The position numbers were made by a program, and so were the translations under genes. From Verrucomicrobiia bacterium (GTDB taxonomy: Bacteria; Desulfobacterota; Binatia; UBA9968), in contig DATJFG010000186.1 in NCBI GenBank assembly GCA_035495775.1, forward strand, positions 13,791 to 77,790: a stretch of 64,000 nucleotides of DNA, read 5' to 3'. This document shows positions 16,071 through 24,850 of this stretch, in pieces. The notes below the pieces were generated by a model. That model saw only the letters and a program-made list of their open reading frames with translations. It was not told the DNA's origin and did no database searches. Positions within the stretch are counted from its first letter, which is position 1. Every line of letters starts with the position of its first letter.

Positions 16071-17815
16071 GCTTTACCGCCGCAGACGTATTAATCGACG
16101 CCCTCTGCGACTGGGGCGTCAGCGTTATTTTCGGCCTCCCCGGCGACGGGATCAATGGCGTCATGGAGGCGCTGCGCAAGCGGCAGGGAAAAATTCGCTT
16201 CATCCAAGTGCGTCATGAAGAGGCAGCGGCGTTCATGGCATGCGGTTACGCGAAATACACCGGCAAGCTCGGCGTCTGCCTGGGAACTTCCGGTCCCGGC
16301 GGTATACACCTGCTGAATGGCCTGTATGACGCCAAGCTCGACGGACAACCTGTCCTGGCGATCACCGGGCATCATTATCACGATCTCATCGACACGCATG
16401 CGCAGCAGGATGTCGACCTCGACAAGGTCTTCATGGATGTCGCCACTTACAACGCCAGGATCATGGGGCCATCTCACGTCGAGCAGGTGGTGAACCTCGC
16501 GTGCCGCACGGCGGTCGGACAGCGCGGCGTCGCCCATATCAATTTCCCCGTCGATCTTCAGGAGCATGAGATCGAAGAGCATTCCAAGCGTAACATCCCG
16601 GGGCATACTTCGAGAATACCGGCAACGGGGGTGGAGTTGCCCGTCGAGCTCGATCTCAAGACCGCCGCCGCCGTGCTGAACGAAGGACAAAGGGTCGCCA
16701 TACTCGCCGGACAGGGCGCGCTCGCCGCCGGCGGCGAGTTGGAGGAAGTCGCGGAAAAATTGGCGGCGCCGATCATCAAGGCATTGCTCGGCAAAGCCGC
16801 GGTTCCAGACGACAGCCCGTATACGACCGGCTCGATCGGCCTGCTCGGCACGAAGCCATCGCAACAGGCGATGGAGGAATGCGATACGCTCCTCATTGTC
16901 GGAAGCTCGTTTCCATACATCGAGTTCCTTCCCCAGCCCGGACAGGCGCGCGGCGTTCAGATCGATATGGACCCGACGCGGATCGGCCTCCGCTATCCGG
17001 TCGAAATCGGTCTGGTCGGCGACAGCCGCATGACGCTCAAAAAGCTCATTCCGCTGCTCGAGCGCAAAGCAGACCGCGGCTTTTTACAAAAGGCGCAGGC
17101 AGGGATGAACGATTGGTGGAAATTGATCGAGGACCAAGGTACGCGGCCTGACAAGCCGATGAAGCCGGAGGTCGTAGCGTGGGAACTAGGTAATCGGCTG
17201 GCCGAAAACGCGATCGTTTCCTGCGATTCAGGAACCGTGGCGACTTGGTTCGCGCGCCATATCCGCGCGCGACGGGGACAAAAGTTTTCTCTCTCCGGCA
17301 CGCTCGCGACGATGGCGAACGGTCTGCCCTACACGATCGCGGCGCAGATCGCGTATCCCGAAAGGCAATGCGTCGCGTTCGTCGGCGACGGCGGCTTTTC
17401 GATGCTGATGGCGGAGTTCGCCACGGCCGTCAAATACCGGCTGCCGATCAAGGTCGTGATCGTTAAGAACAACAGCCTGGGGCAGATCAAGTGGGAGCAG
17501 ATGGTCTTTTTAGGCAACCCGGAGTACGGCTGCGAGCTGCATCCGATCGACTTCGCCGCGTTCGCCCGCGCTTGCGGCGGCACGGGTTTTACCATCGAGG
17601 ATCCCGCCGAGTGCGGCCGCACCATCTCGGAAGCGCTCGCGACCGAAGGTCCGGTCATTGTGGAAGCCGTCGTCGACCCGTTTGAGCCGCCAATGCCGGC
17701 GAAAGTCACGCTCGAGCAGGCGGCGAAGTTCGCAAGATCGCTCGCACGAGGCGAGCCCGATCGGTCGAAGATCGCATGGACCGTCCTGTCGGATAAGGTC
17801 CGCGAGTTAATTTGA
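16067..17815 (+). CDS. thiamine-diphosphate enzyme, pyruvate oxidase / pyruvate:quinone oxidoreductase (PoxB)-like
   Basis: IFGLPGDGINGVMEAL, VRHEEAAAFMACGYAK and GTSGPGGIHLLNGLYDA parallel E. coli PoxB (GVTGDSLNG.., RHEEVAAFAAGA.., GPGNLHLINGLFD). TPP-binding GDGGFSML...NN motif. Confidence 0.8.
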   Translation: MSFTAADVLIDALCDWGVSVIFGLPGDGINGVMEALRKRQGKIRFIQVRHEEAAAFMACGYAKYTGKLGVCLGTSGPGGIHLLNGLYDAKLDGQPVLAITGHHYHDLIDTHAQQDVDLDKVFMDVATYNARIMGPSHVEQVVNLACRTAVGQRGVAHINFPVDLQEHEIEEHSKRNIPGHTSRIPATGVELPVELDLKTAAAVLNEGQRVAILAGQGALAAGGELEEVAEKLAAPIIKALLGKAAVPDDSPYTTGSIGLLGTKPSQQAMEECDTLLIVGSSFPYIEFLPQPGQARGVQIDMDPTRIGLRYPVEIGLVGDSRMTLKKLIPLLERKADRGFLQKAQAGMNDWWKLIEDQGTRPDKPMKPEVVAWELGNRLAENAIVSCDSGTVATWFARHIRARRGQKFSLSGTLATMANGLPYTIAAQIAYPERQCVAFVGDGGFSMLMAEFATAVKYRLPIKVVIVKNNSLGQIKWEQMVFLGNPEYGCELHPIDFAAFARACGGTGFTIEDPAECGRTISEALATEGPVIVEAVVDPFEPPMPAKVTLEQAAKFARSLARGEPDRSKIAWTVLSDKVRELI

Positions 17816-17824
17816 GGCGACGGC

Positions 17825-18520
17825 ATGGGGCAAATAATCGCGCGCGACGAGGTCCAGCGAATGACGGCGGAAGGCGCTGCGCTGATCGAAGTGCTGCCGC
17901 AAAAGGAGTACGAGCGCGTGCATCTCCCGGGTGCCGTGAACCTGCCGCTCGCCGATTTATACCCGTTTTCGGCCCCGCTCGCCGATAAAGACCGCCGCAT
18001 CGTGCTTTACTGCTATGACTTTCAGTGAGACATGAGCCGCAGGGCCGCGGCGCGGCTCCAGCGCATGAGATTCCGTCATGTTTTTGCCTACGCGCCCGGC
18101 AAAGTCGATTGGATGGCGCACGGCCTTCCCGTCGAGCGCGGCCCGGACATCCCGCCGGTAATCGGTGATTTCGTCATCTGCGATGTGCCCCGCTGTCATC
18201 CGGACGATCTCATCGGCGCGGCGCGCGACGCGGCCTATGAAATGGGGGTCGATATGTGTCCGGTCGTCGACGAAGAAAACATCCTGCTCGGCCTTTGCAC
18301 GCGCACATCGCTACACGCGCATCCGTCGATCGCTGTTCACCTCGTGATGGAGCCCGGCCCTCTCACGGTTCGACCGAGCGTCTCGGTCGAAGAGGGGCTA
18401 AAAAAACTCGAACGGAAGAAAAACCCGTTTTTGCTCGTGACGACGCCCGAGGGGAGGCTGATCGGCTACTTTAACCGTAGACTGGCGGCGGCCGGCAACG
18501 GAACCGGTCGCTCCACCTGA
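17825..18520 (+). CDS. candidate selenoprotein: single-domain rhodanese fused to a CBS pair, in-frame UGA at codon 68 (18026-18028)
   Basis: Track ORFs 17825-18028 and 18032-18520 share one frame and are separated only by TGA-GAC. The rhodanese fold runs across the TGA (..DRRIVLYCYDFQ-U-DMSRRAAARLQRMRFRHVFAYAPGKVDWMAHGLPVE). selC lies 12 kb upstream and a hairpin follows the TGA. Confidence 0.6.
18034..18058 (+). promoter_or_regulatory. candidate SECIS-like hairpin directly after the in-frame UGA
   Basis: GAGCCGC (18034-18040) pairs perfectly with GCGGCTC (18052-18058). The 11-nt loop AGGGCCGCGGC is G-rich. The stem starts 6 nt after the UGA. Alternative register: GCCGC/GCGGC with loop AGGGCC. 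Confidence 0.4.
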
Positions 18521-18539
18521 TGGCGATCAGGAAGAAATT

Positions 18540-19328
18540 ATGAAGAACAGAAGCGGGGAGCCCGTGCGCATAGCGGCGATGGGGGATCTCCATTACACGA
18601 AGACCTCGCACGGCAGACTGCAGCCGATCTTCGCCCAGGCGACCGACAGCGCGGACATACTTTTGTTGTGCGGCGATATGGTCGATTATGGTCTGCCCGA
18701 GGAGACCGAGATCCTCGTCAAAGAGCTGTCGGTGGTGAAGATTCCCATCCTTGCAGTGTTCGGCAACCACGAATCGGAATCGGGAAAACAGGACGAGGTG
18801 CAGCGGATTCTCGCCGGCGCGGGCGTGACGATCCTCGACGGCACCGCGTGTGAAGTTCTCGGCGTGGGCTTTGCGGGCGTCAAAGGCTTTGCCGGCGGCT
18901 TCGGCCAGCATTCGCTTCAGCCTTGGGGCGAGCCGGCGATCAAAAAATTCGTCCAGGAGGCGATCGACGAGTCGTTGAAGCTTGAGTCGGCGCTGGCGAA
19001 GCTCAGAACTCCACATCGCATCGCCGTGCTGCATTACTCGCCGATCCAGGCGACGGTCGAGGGCGAGCCGGCGCCGATCTATCCCTTCCTAGGGTCGAGC
19101 CGCCTCGAGGAGCCGCTCAATCGCTATCCAGTCACGGCAGTTTTTCACGGCCACGCTCATCAGGGGAGTCCCGAAGGGCGCACTCAGACCGGCGTGCCGG
19201 TCTACAATGTAGCGATCAAAGTGCTTAGAAAAAATTTTCCGGACCGACCGCTTTTTCGCCTTATCGAGATTCCGGCGGCGGCGCGCGTCGACGAGGGCAA
19301 CGGCATTGGACGGGAGGTGGCGACGTGA
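18540..19328 (+). CDS. calcineurin-like metallophosphoesterase
   Basis: Motifs GDLH, GDMVDYG, GNHE and ..HGH.. in canonical order. Confidence 0.85.
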   Translation: MKNRSGEPVRIAAMGDLHYTKTSHGRLQPIFAQATDSADILLLCGDMVDYGLPEETEILVKELSVVKIPILAVFGNHESESGKQDEVQRILAGAGVTILDGTACEVLGVGFAGVKGFAGGFGQHSLQPWGEPAIKKFVQEAIDESLKLESALAKLRTPHRIAVLHYSPIQATVEGEPAPIYPFLGSSRLEEPLNRYPVTAVFHGHAHQGSPEGRTQTGVPVYNVAIKVLRKNFPDRPLFRLIEIPAAARVDEGNGIGREVAT

Positions 19329-20140
19329 AGGCGACGGATGCGGAAGAAGCCGGCGAGAACGGCGACAAGATAGGCAACGGATTTTATTATCGCGTGCTGA
19401 TAGCGATGAATGAAGCGAAGGTGCCGTTCATGATCGGCGGGGCCTTTGCGCTGCACCGATATACGGGAATCTACCGCGACACCAAGGATCTCGACCTTTT
19501 TGTCCATCCCGATGATTGCGAGCGCGCCTTGCGCGCGCTGGCGGCCGCCGGTTGCCATACGGAGCTCACGTTTCCGCACTGGCTCGGCAAGGCGTATTGC
19601 GGCGAGTATTTCGCCGATCTGATCTTCAGTTCCGGTAACGGCACCGCCCGGGTCGACGATCTTTGGTTCCGGCATGCCGCCGACGCCGAACTGCTCGGGC
19701 TGCCGGTGAAGCTCTGTCCTGTGGAAGAGACGATCTGGTCGAAGTCCTTCGTCATGGAGCGCGAGCGCTACGACGGCGCGGACGTCGCGCATCTGCTGCG
19801 CGCTTACGGCGAGAAGCTCGACTGGCGCCGGCTGCTGTGGCGCTTCGGCCGGCACTGGCGGGTGCTTTACAGTTACATCGTGCTCTTCGGCTTTATTTAT
19901 CCGTCGCATCGCGCATCGATTCCCGCTTGGGTCGTGCGCGACCTTTCTCGGAAAACGGAAGCCGAAGCGGAGACGGATGCCGCCGAAGCCGTGTGCCAGG
20001 GTACGCTCCTTTCGCGCGAGCAGTTCCTGATCGACATCCAGCAATGGGGCTACCACGATTCTCGCCTCGTCCCTGAAGGCAACATGACGGCGGCGCAAAC
20101 CCGTCATTGGACGAGGGCGATCAATGGCGATAAAAAATAG
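19325..20140 (+). CDS. nucleotidyltransferase-fold protein (tentative), unknown function
   Basis: GTG start overlapping the upstream stop (GTGA). IGGAFALHRYTGIYRDTKDLDLFV resembles the G-x-A...R.T.D.D pattern of minimal nucleotidyltransferases. Confidence 0.5.
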   Translation: MKATDAEEAGENGDKIGNGFYYRVLIAMNEAKVPFMIGGAFALHRYTGIYRDTKDLDLFVHPDDCERALRALAAAGCHTELTFPHWLGKAYCGEYFADLIFSSGNGTARVDDLWFRHAADAELLGLPVKLCPVEETIWSKSFVMERERYDGADVAHLLRAYGEKLDWRRLLWRFGRHWRVLYSYIVLFGFIYPSHRASIPAWVVRDLSRKTEAEAETDAAEAVCQGTLLSREQFLIDIQQWGYHDSRLVPEGNMTAAQTRHWTRAINGDKK

Positions 20141-20174
20141 CGCCGAACGTGCCCCTCGGGCGGTGTAAAAACCC

Positions 20175-21446
20175 ATGCCGCACCGCGTAGTCATCATCGG
20201 CGGCGGCTTCGGCGGTCTCCATGCCGCGCAGTCGTTGAGGGACGCGCCGGTCCAAGTGACGCTCGTCGACCGGCGGAACTTCCATCTCTTCCAGCCGCTG
20301 CTTTATCAAGTCGCCACCGGCTGGCTCTCCCCAGCCAATATCGCCTCGACCCTGCGGTCGGTGCTCCGGCGGCAGAAAAATACCCGCGTGCTGCTGGGTG
20401 ACGTGATCGACATCGACGTCGATCGCCGGCAGGCGATTTTGACCGACAGTGTCATTCCGTACGACAGCCTCATTGTCGCGGCCGGCTCGCATCATCATTA
20501 TTTCGGCAACGACCATTGGGAGGCGCTCGCGCCCGGACTGAAAACCGTCGAGGACGCGACCGAAATACGCCGGCGCATTTTTTTAGCGTTCGAGGCCGCC
20601 GAGCGCGAGCCGGATGAGGCGACCCGGCGCGCCTATTTGACCTTTGTCATCGTCGGCGGCGGGCCGACGGGTGTCGAGCTCGCCGGAGCGCTGGCGGAGA
20701 TCGCGCGCGACACATTGAAAAATGATTTTCGCAATATCGAGCCGGCCTCGGCGTGCATCATGCTGCTCGAAGCGGGCGAGCGGATTTTACCGCCTTATCC
20801 CGTCGAGCTCTCGGCGAAGGCCGAAGCGTTTCTTCGTCGCGCCGGCGTAAAGATCGAGGTGGGCGCGACGGTGACCGATATCCGCCGCGATGGGGTCGCG
20901 ATTCGACGCGGCGATGCGGTCCAGCAGATTCCCTGCCGTACGGCGATCTGGGCAGCCGGCGTCAAGGCGTCGTTTCTCGGAAAAATTCTCGCCCAGGCGA
21001 CCGACGCAAAATTGGATCGCGGCGGCCGTGTCATCGTCGAGCCGGACTTGTCGCTCGCCAACCATCCGGAGATCTTCGTCATCGGGGATCTCGCGAACTA
21101 TTCACACCAGACGGGCAAACCGCTGCCGGGATTGGCGCCGGTCGCGATGCAGCAGGGAGAATACGTGGCCAAGGTCTTGGCGAGCCGCTTACAAGGAAAA
21201 TCGCTGCCCGCGTTCCGCTACCATGACCGCGGCAGCATGGCGATCATCGGCCGCGGGACGGCGGTCGCCGATCTCGGCAAGTTAAAGCTCGCAGGCTTTT
21301 TCGCCTGGCTCGCATGGCTCTTTGTCCATTTAATTCAGATCGTCGAGTTCGAAAATCGCGTCCTCGTGCTGGTCCAGTGGGGATGGTATTACTTCAGCCG
21401 CAACCGCGCGGCGCGCTTGATCACCGGCGAACACCGCATGCCGTGA
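20175..21446 (+). CDS. ndh: type II NADH:quinone oxidoreductase (NDH-2)
   Basis: HRVVIIGGGFGGL and FVIVGGGPTGVELAG dinucleotide folds, VIGDLA motif, C-terminal membrane-anchoring helices. Confidence 0.9.
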   Translation: MPHRVVIIGGGFGGLHAAQSLRDAPVQVTLVDRRNFHLFQPLLYQVATGWLSPANIASTLRSVLRRQKNTRVLLGDVIDIDVDRRQAILTDSVIPYDSLIVAAGSHHHYFGNDHWEALAPGLKTVEDATEIRRRIFLAFEAAEREPDEATRRAYLTFVIVGGGPTGVELAGALAEIARDTLKNDFRNIEPASACIMLLEAGERILPPYPVELSAKAEAFLRRAGVKIEVGATVTDIRRDGVAIRRGDAVQQIPCRTAIWAAGVKASFLGKILAQATDAKLDRGGRVIVEPDLSLANHPEIFVIGDLANYSHQTGKPLPGLAPVAMQQGEYVAKVLASRLQGKSLPAFRYHDRGSMAIIGRGTAVADLGKLKLAGFFAWLAWLFVHLIQIVEFENRVLVLVQWGWYYFSRNRAARLITGEHRMP

Positions 21447-21465
21447 CCGGCCCGCGATGAGAAAT

Positions 21466-21504
21466 AAAAAAAAGCCCGAACCGTTCGGTTCGGGCTTTTT
21501 TTTT
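21466..21504. terminator. bidirectional Rho-independent terminator between convergent ndh and the epimerase gene
   Basis: A8 (21466-21473), perfect 10-bp palindrome arms GCCCGAACCG/CGGTTCGGGC (21474-21483 / 21486-21495), then T9 (21496-21504). Confidence 0.85.
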
Positions 21505-21520
21505 GCGGATCAAACCAGGT

Positions 21521-22507
21521 TTAAATTTCCACGATGCCTTGTCCGGGATGGCTGCGGCCGTTCGCGCCCGGCGTCGCCGCCGACCGCTTGCGAAAATCGT
21601 CGACGGTTCTTTTTAGCCCTTCCGCGAAAGAGATTCGCGGATGATAATCGAGCAGGCGTTTTGCTTTCGAGATATCCGCGCGGCTGTGTCTTACGTCGCC
21701 GGCGCGCGCCTGCGCGTGCGACCAGCACACCTGCCGACCCACGATTCGTCTCAAGAGATCGATGACATCGAGCAGCGTGAAGGACCCGTTCTGCCCGATA
21801 TTGAACACCTCGCCCACGGCTTCCATGCTCTCCGCCGCCAGTAGATTGGCATCGACGATATTGTCGATATAGGTGAAGTCGCGCGTCTGCAGCCCGTCGC
21901 CGTGTATCTGAAGAGGCTCCCCGCGGACCGCTGCGGCGATGAACCGCGCGATGACGGCAGCGTGCGGCGCATCCGGCTCCTGGCGCGGCCCGAATACATC
22001 GAAATATCTCAGCGTCACGGTCTCGAGACCGTAAAGATCGGCGAAGACTTTGCAATAATACTCGCCGGCGAGCTTAGAGACGGCGTAAGGCGAAGTCGGG
22101 CAGGGTGTTAAATCTTCGCGTTGCGGCACGGTTTCCGTATTGCCGTAGACCAGACACGAAGAAGCGTAAACGACGCGGCGGACGCCGGCGTCGCGCGCCG
22201 CGAGCAAGACATTCAACGTCCCCTCCACGTTGACCCGATTAACGAGGCCCGGATTCTCAAGCGAGAGTCCGACCGACCGCAAAGCGGCCTCATGAAAAAC
22301 GACGTTGATGCCGCTCATGGCGCGCCGGACGACCGAAGGATTCGTCACATCGCCGCTCATCACCTCGATCCGTCCATCGAAGCCGGTGAGATTTTCCCCA
22401 CTGCCGAAGCTTAAATTATCTAGCACCCGCACCCGTTCGCCTGTCGCAGCGAGCCGCGCCGCGATACGCGAACCGATAAACCCCGCCCCGCCCGTGACTA
22501 GATACAT
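21521..22507 (-). CDS. NAD-dependent nucleotide-sugar epimerase/dehydratase (extended SDR, UDP-hexose 4-epimerase-like)
   Basis: Start moved to ATG 22507 (AAGGAGGAG upstream). VTGGAGFIGS Rossmann motif and catalytic YAVSK. Confidence 0.85.
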   Translation of the reverse strand: MYLVTGGAGFIGSRIAARLAATGERVRVLDNLSFGSGENLTGFDGRIEVMSGDVTNPSVVRRAMSGINVVFHEAALRSVGLSLENPGLVNRVNVEGTLNVLLAARDAGVRRVVYASSCLVYGNTETVPQREDLTPCPTSPYAVSKLAGEYYCKVFADLYGLETVTLRYFDVFGPRQEPDAPHAAVIARFIAAAVRGEPLQIHGDGLQTRDFTYIDNIVDANLLAAESMEAVGEVFNIGQNGSFTLLDVIDLLRRIVGRQVCWSHAQARAGDVRHSRADISKAKRLLDYHPRISFAEGLKRTVDDFRKRSAATPGANGRSHPGQGIVEI

Positions 22508-22582
22508 GAGTCTCCTCCTTAAAAAATATAATGGTTCTAAGCAACTCAAATATCATATCTGAAGTAATACTTTAGAACATAT

Positions 22583-24394
22583 TCATGACACCGTCACCGA
22601 TTTCGCCAGCGACCGCGGCCGATCGATGTTGCGACCGAGCAGCAGCGCCGTCTCGTAGGCGAGCAGCTGCGCTGCAACGAGATGAAGCAAGGGCGCCGTC
22701 ACCGGCGAGGCCGGCGGAAGAATGATCTCCGTGTCGGCTCCTCCGGGAACACGATCGAAGGCGAGCGCAATCACCTTGCCCTTGCGCGCGCGGACCTCCT
22801 CGAGGCTGCTCATCGTCAGATCGAAAAGCGTCTTGTCCTCCTCCGGCGGAATGAGAAACACGCAGGGCGTCTCCTCGTCAACGAGCGACAGCGTTCCGTG
22901 CTTTAAGAAACCGGCGGGCATCCCCTCGGCGTGAAGGTAGGTGACTTCCTTCATCTTCAGCGCCGCCTCGTAAGCCATGGGCGTGAAGAGGCCGCGGGCT
23001 AAAAAAAACCAGTTCGGCTTCTGATGATAACGCCATGCGAGATCGCGGATCGCCGGGCGTATGCTGCCGAGCGCGCTCTGGATGACATGGGGCAGGGCGC
23101 AGAGGTCGTCGATAATTTTCTGATATTTGCCGTTGCGGACGCGTTGTTTCGCGCGCGCGACCTCGACCGCGAGCCGCGTGAGGAGGACGAGCTGCGCCGC
23201 CGCCGCCTTGGTGCTGATGACGCAGATCTCCGGCCCCGAGTCCTGCTGGACCACGAGGTCCGCTTCACGCGTCATCGACGATCCCGGTACGTTGACGATC
23301 GCCGCCGTGCGCGCGCCCGCAGCCCGCGCGCGGCGGAGCGCCTGGAGCGTGTCAAAGGTCTCGCCCGACTGCGAGATCGCGAGCATGAGCCCGCCGGGAT
23401 CGGCCGGCGCGAGCGCTTCGGTCTCATCCGAGCTGATCGCGGGTGCGAATTCGCCGGCGAGCGCGCCGAGGAGATACTGCCCGTAGAGCGCGACGTAGTA
23501 CGTGGTGCCGACGCCGACGAGGACGTTGGGACGCGAGCGGCTCATGGCATGCGCGATCGCCGCGATCTCCTCGTGATTGACGGCGAGCGCGTGGCGGACT
23601 GTCTCCGGCTGCTCGCAGATCTCTTTTTCCATATAGTGGCGGTGGCCGGCTTTCCCAATGCTGTCGATGTGCCAATCGATTTCCGTGATTCGTTTCGGCC
23701 GCGTCATCCCATCCTCGATGGCGCGGACGCAATAACCGTCGCGCGCGACCACGGCGTACTCCCCGTCCTCGAGAAGGACGGCGCGGCGGGTATACGGCAG
23801 GAAGGCGTTCACGTCGGAGGCGATGTAGCTCGTTTGCGGTGAAAGGCCGAGAATCAGCGGGCTCTGCTGGCGCGCGCAATAGATTTTCTTTGCATCGCGC
23901 GCGCTGATCATCGCAATCGCGAACGTCCCCTCCAGTCGTTTCAGGGCTTCGACAAACGCCTGCTCCACCGACGCGCCGCCGTGGTGCGTTTCTTCCAGGA
24001 GATGGGCGAGGATCTCGGTGTCGGTTTCGGAAGCGAAGCGATGTCCGCGCTCGCGAAGCTCGGCGCGTAGCGCCTGGTGGTTCGAGATGATTCCGTTGTG
24101 GACGACCGCGAACTCGCCGTCGCAGCTCAAATGCGGATGGGCGTTGACCAGCGAGACGCCTCCGTGCGTCGCCCAGCGCGTGTGCGCGATGCCGATGTCG
24201 CCATGCGCCGAGGCGAAGTCGCCCGCGGCGGCGACGTCCTCGACCGCGCCCACCGCCTTGCGAATTTCGATGCCATGGGAGTTGATTGTCGCGAGACCGC
24301 ACGAGTCGTAGCCGCGGTATTCGAGCCGCGCGATGCTTTCGACGAGAATGGGGGCGATGGGGTTTTCACCGATGCTGCCGACGATGCCGCACAT
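22583..24394 (-). CDS. glmS: glutamine--fructose-6-phosphate aminotransferase (isomerizing)
   Basis: MCGIVG N-terminal nucleophile, two SIS domains, C-terminal ..LAKSVTVS typical of GlmS. GGAGGAG RBS. Confidence 0.95.
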   Translation of the reverse strand: MCGIVGSIGENPIAPILVESIARLEYRGYDSCGLATINSHGIEIRKAVGAVEDVAAAGDFASAHGDIGIAHTRWATHGGVSLVNAHPHLSCDGEFAVVHNGIISNHQALRAELRERGHRFASETDTEILAHLLEETHHGGASVEQAFVEALKRLEGTFAIAMISARDAKKIYCARQQSPLILGLSPQTSYIASDVNAFLPYTRRAVLLEDGEYAVVARDGYCVRAIEDGMTRPKRITEIDWHIDSIGKAGHRHYMEKEICEQPETVRHALAVNHEEIAAIAHAMSRSRPNVLVGVGTTYYVALYGQYLLGALAGEFAPAISSDETEALAPADPGGLMLAISQSGETFDTLQALRRARAAGARTAAIVNVPGSSMTREADLVVQQDSGPEICVISTKAAAAQLVLLTRLAVEVARAKQRVRNGKYQKIIDDLCALPHVIQSALGSIRPAIRDLAWRYHQKPNWFFLARGLFTPMAYEAALKMKEVTYLHAEGMPAGFLKHGTLSLVDEETPCVFLIPPEEDKTLFDLTMSSLEEVRARKGKVIALAFDRVPGGADTEIILPPASPVTAPLLHLVAAQLLAYETALLLGRNIDRPRSLAKSVTVS

Positions 24395-24850
24395 AAATCT
24401 CCTCCTTCATTCTTTTCTCTCGGCTTTGCATGTGACTATTCTGCCGTCCGTTATGCTGAGCACCGATGCCAGGAGATCCGTTGCCGCGCCCAGCACTCGG
24501 CCGCTCTCGTCGAAGACCGAGGCTTGATCTCAGCGCCTGCGACGCTGTCGATGATGAACACGAGCAGGGCAAAGGCGAGCGCGACCAAGAGGATGGTCCG
24601 CTTCTCAAGTGAACGAGAATACATAAAGCATGTCGCCTTTCGTCGTCTGTTCCGGGAAATCTTTCGTTGCAGCCGAAATCCGGCGAAGCCGACGCGTCCC
24701 GGGCATTGAGAGATCAGCGGCGAAGGTCGCGCAGGTCCAAGCGACCACCGGAGAATCGAGGCGCGCGTTCGGGGGATTCCAGACCGTGAAACTCACAGCA
24801 ATAACCACCGGGAGCCGCCTTTCGACGTTGTGGTCCGCGCCCTGTTTTGC

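Noticed and set aside
18064-18080. Second hairpin CATGA-GATTCCG-TCATG as the SECIS
   Set aside because: It has only 5 A/U-rich base pairs, and its loop lies about 43 nt from the UGA, outside the usual range. It is mentioned only as an alternative.
19202-20197. 331-aa minus-strand ORF across the phosphoesterase and NTase genes
   Set aside because: It is antisense to two recognisable plus-strand genes, has an Arg-rich low-complexity translation and matches no family.
23024-24302. 272-aa plus-strand and 292-aa minus-strand off-frame ORFs inside glmS
   Set aside because: glmS is unambiguous in its own frame. These are GC-driven shadow ORFs with extreme Arg/Asp/Gly content.
24395-24480. glmS ribozyme in the glmS 5' leader
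   Set aside because: I could not find the conserved ribozyme core or pseudoknot segments by eye. The element is characteristic mainly of Gram-positive lineages. An Rfam scan is still suggested in the findings.
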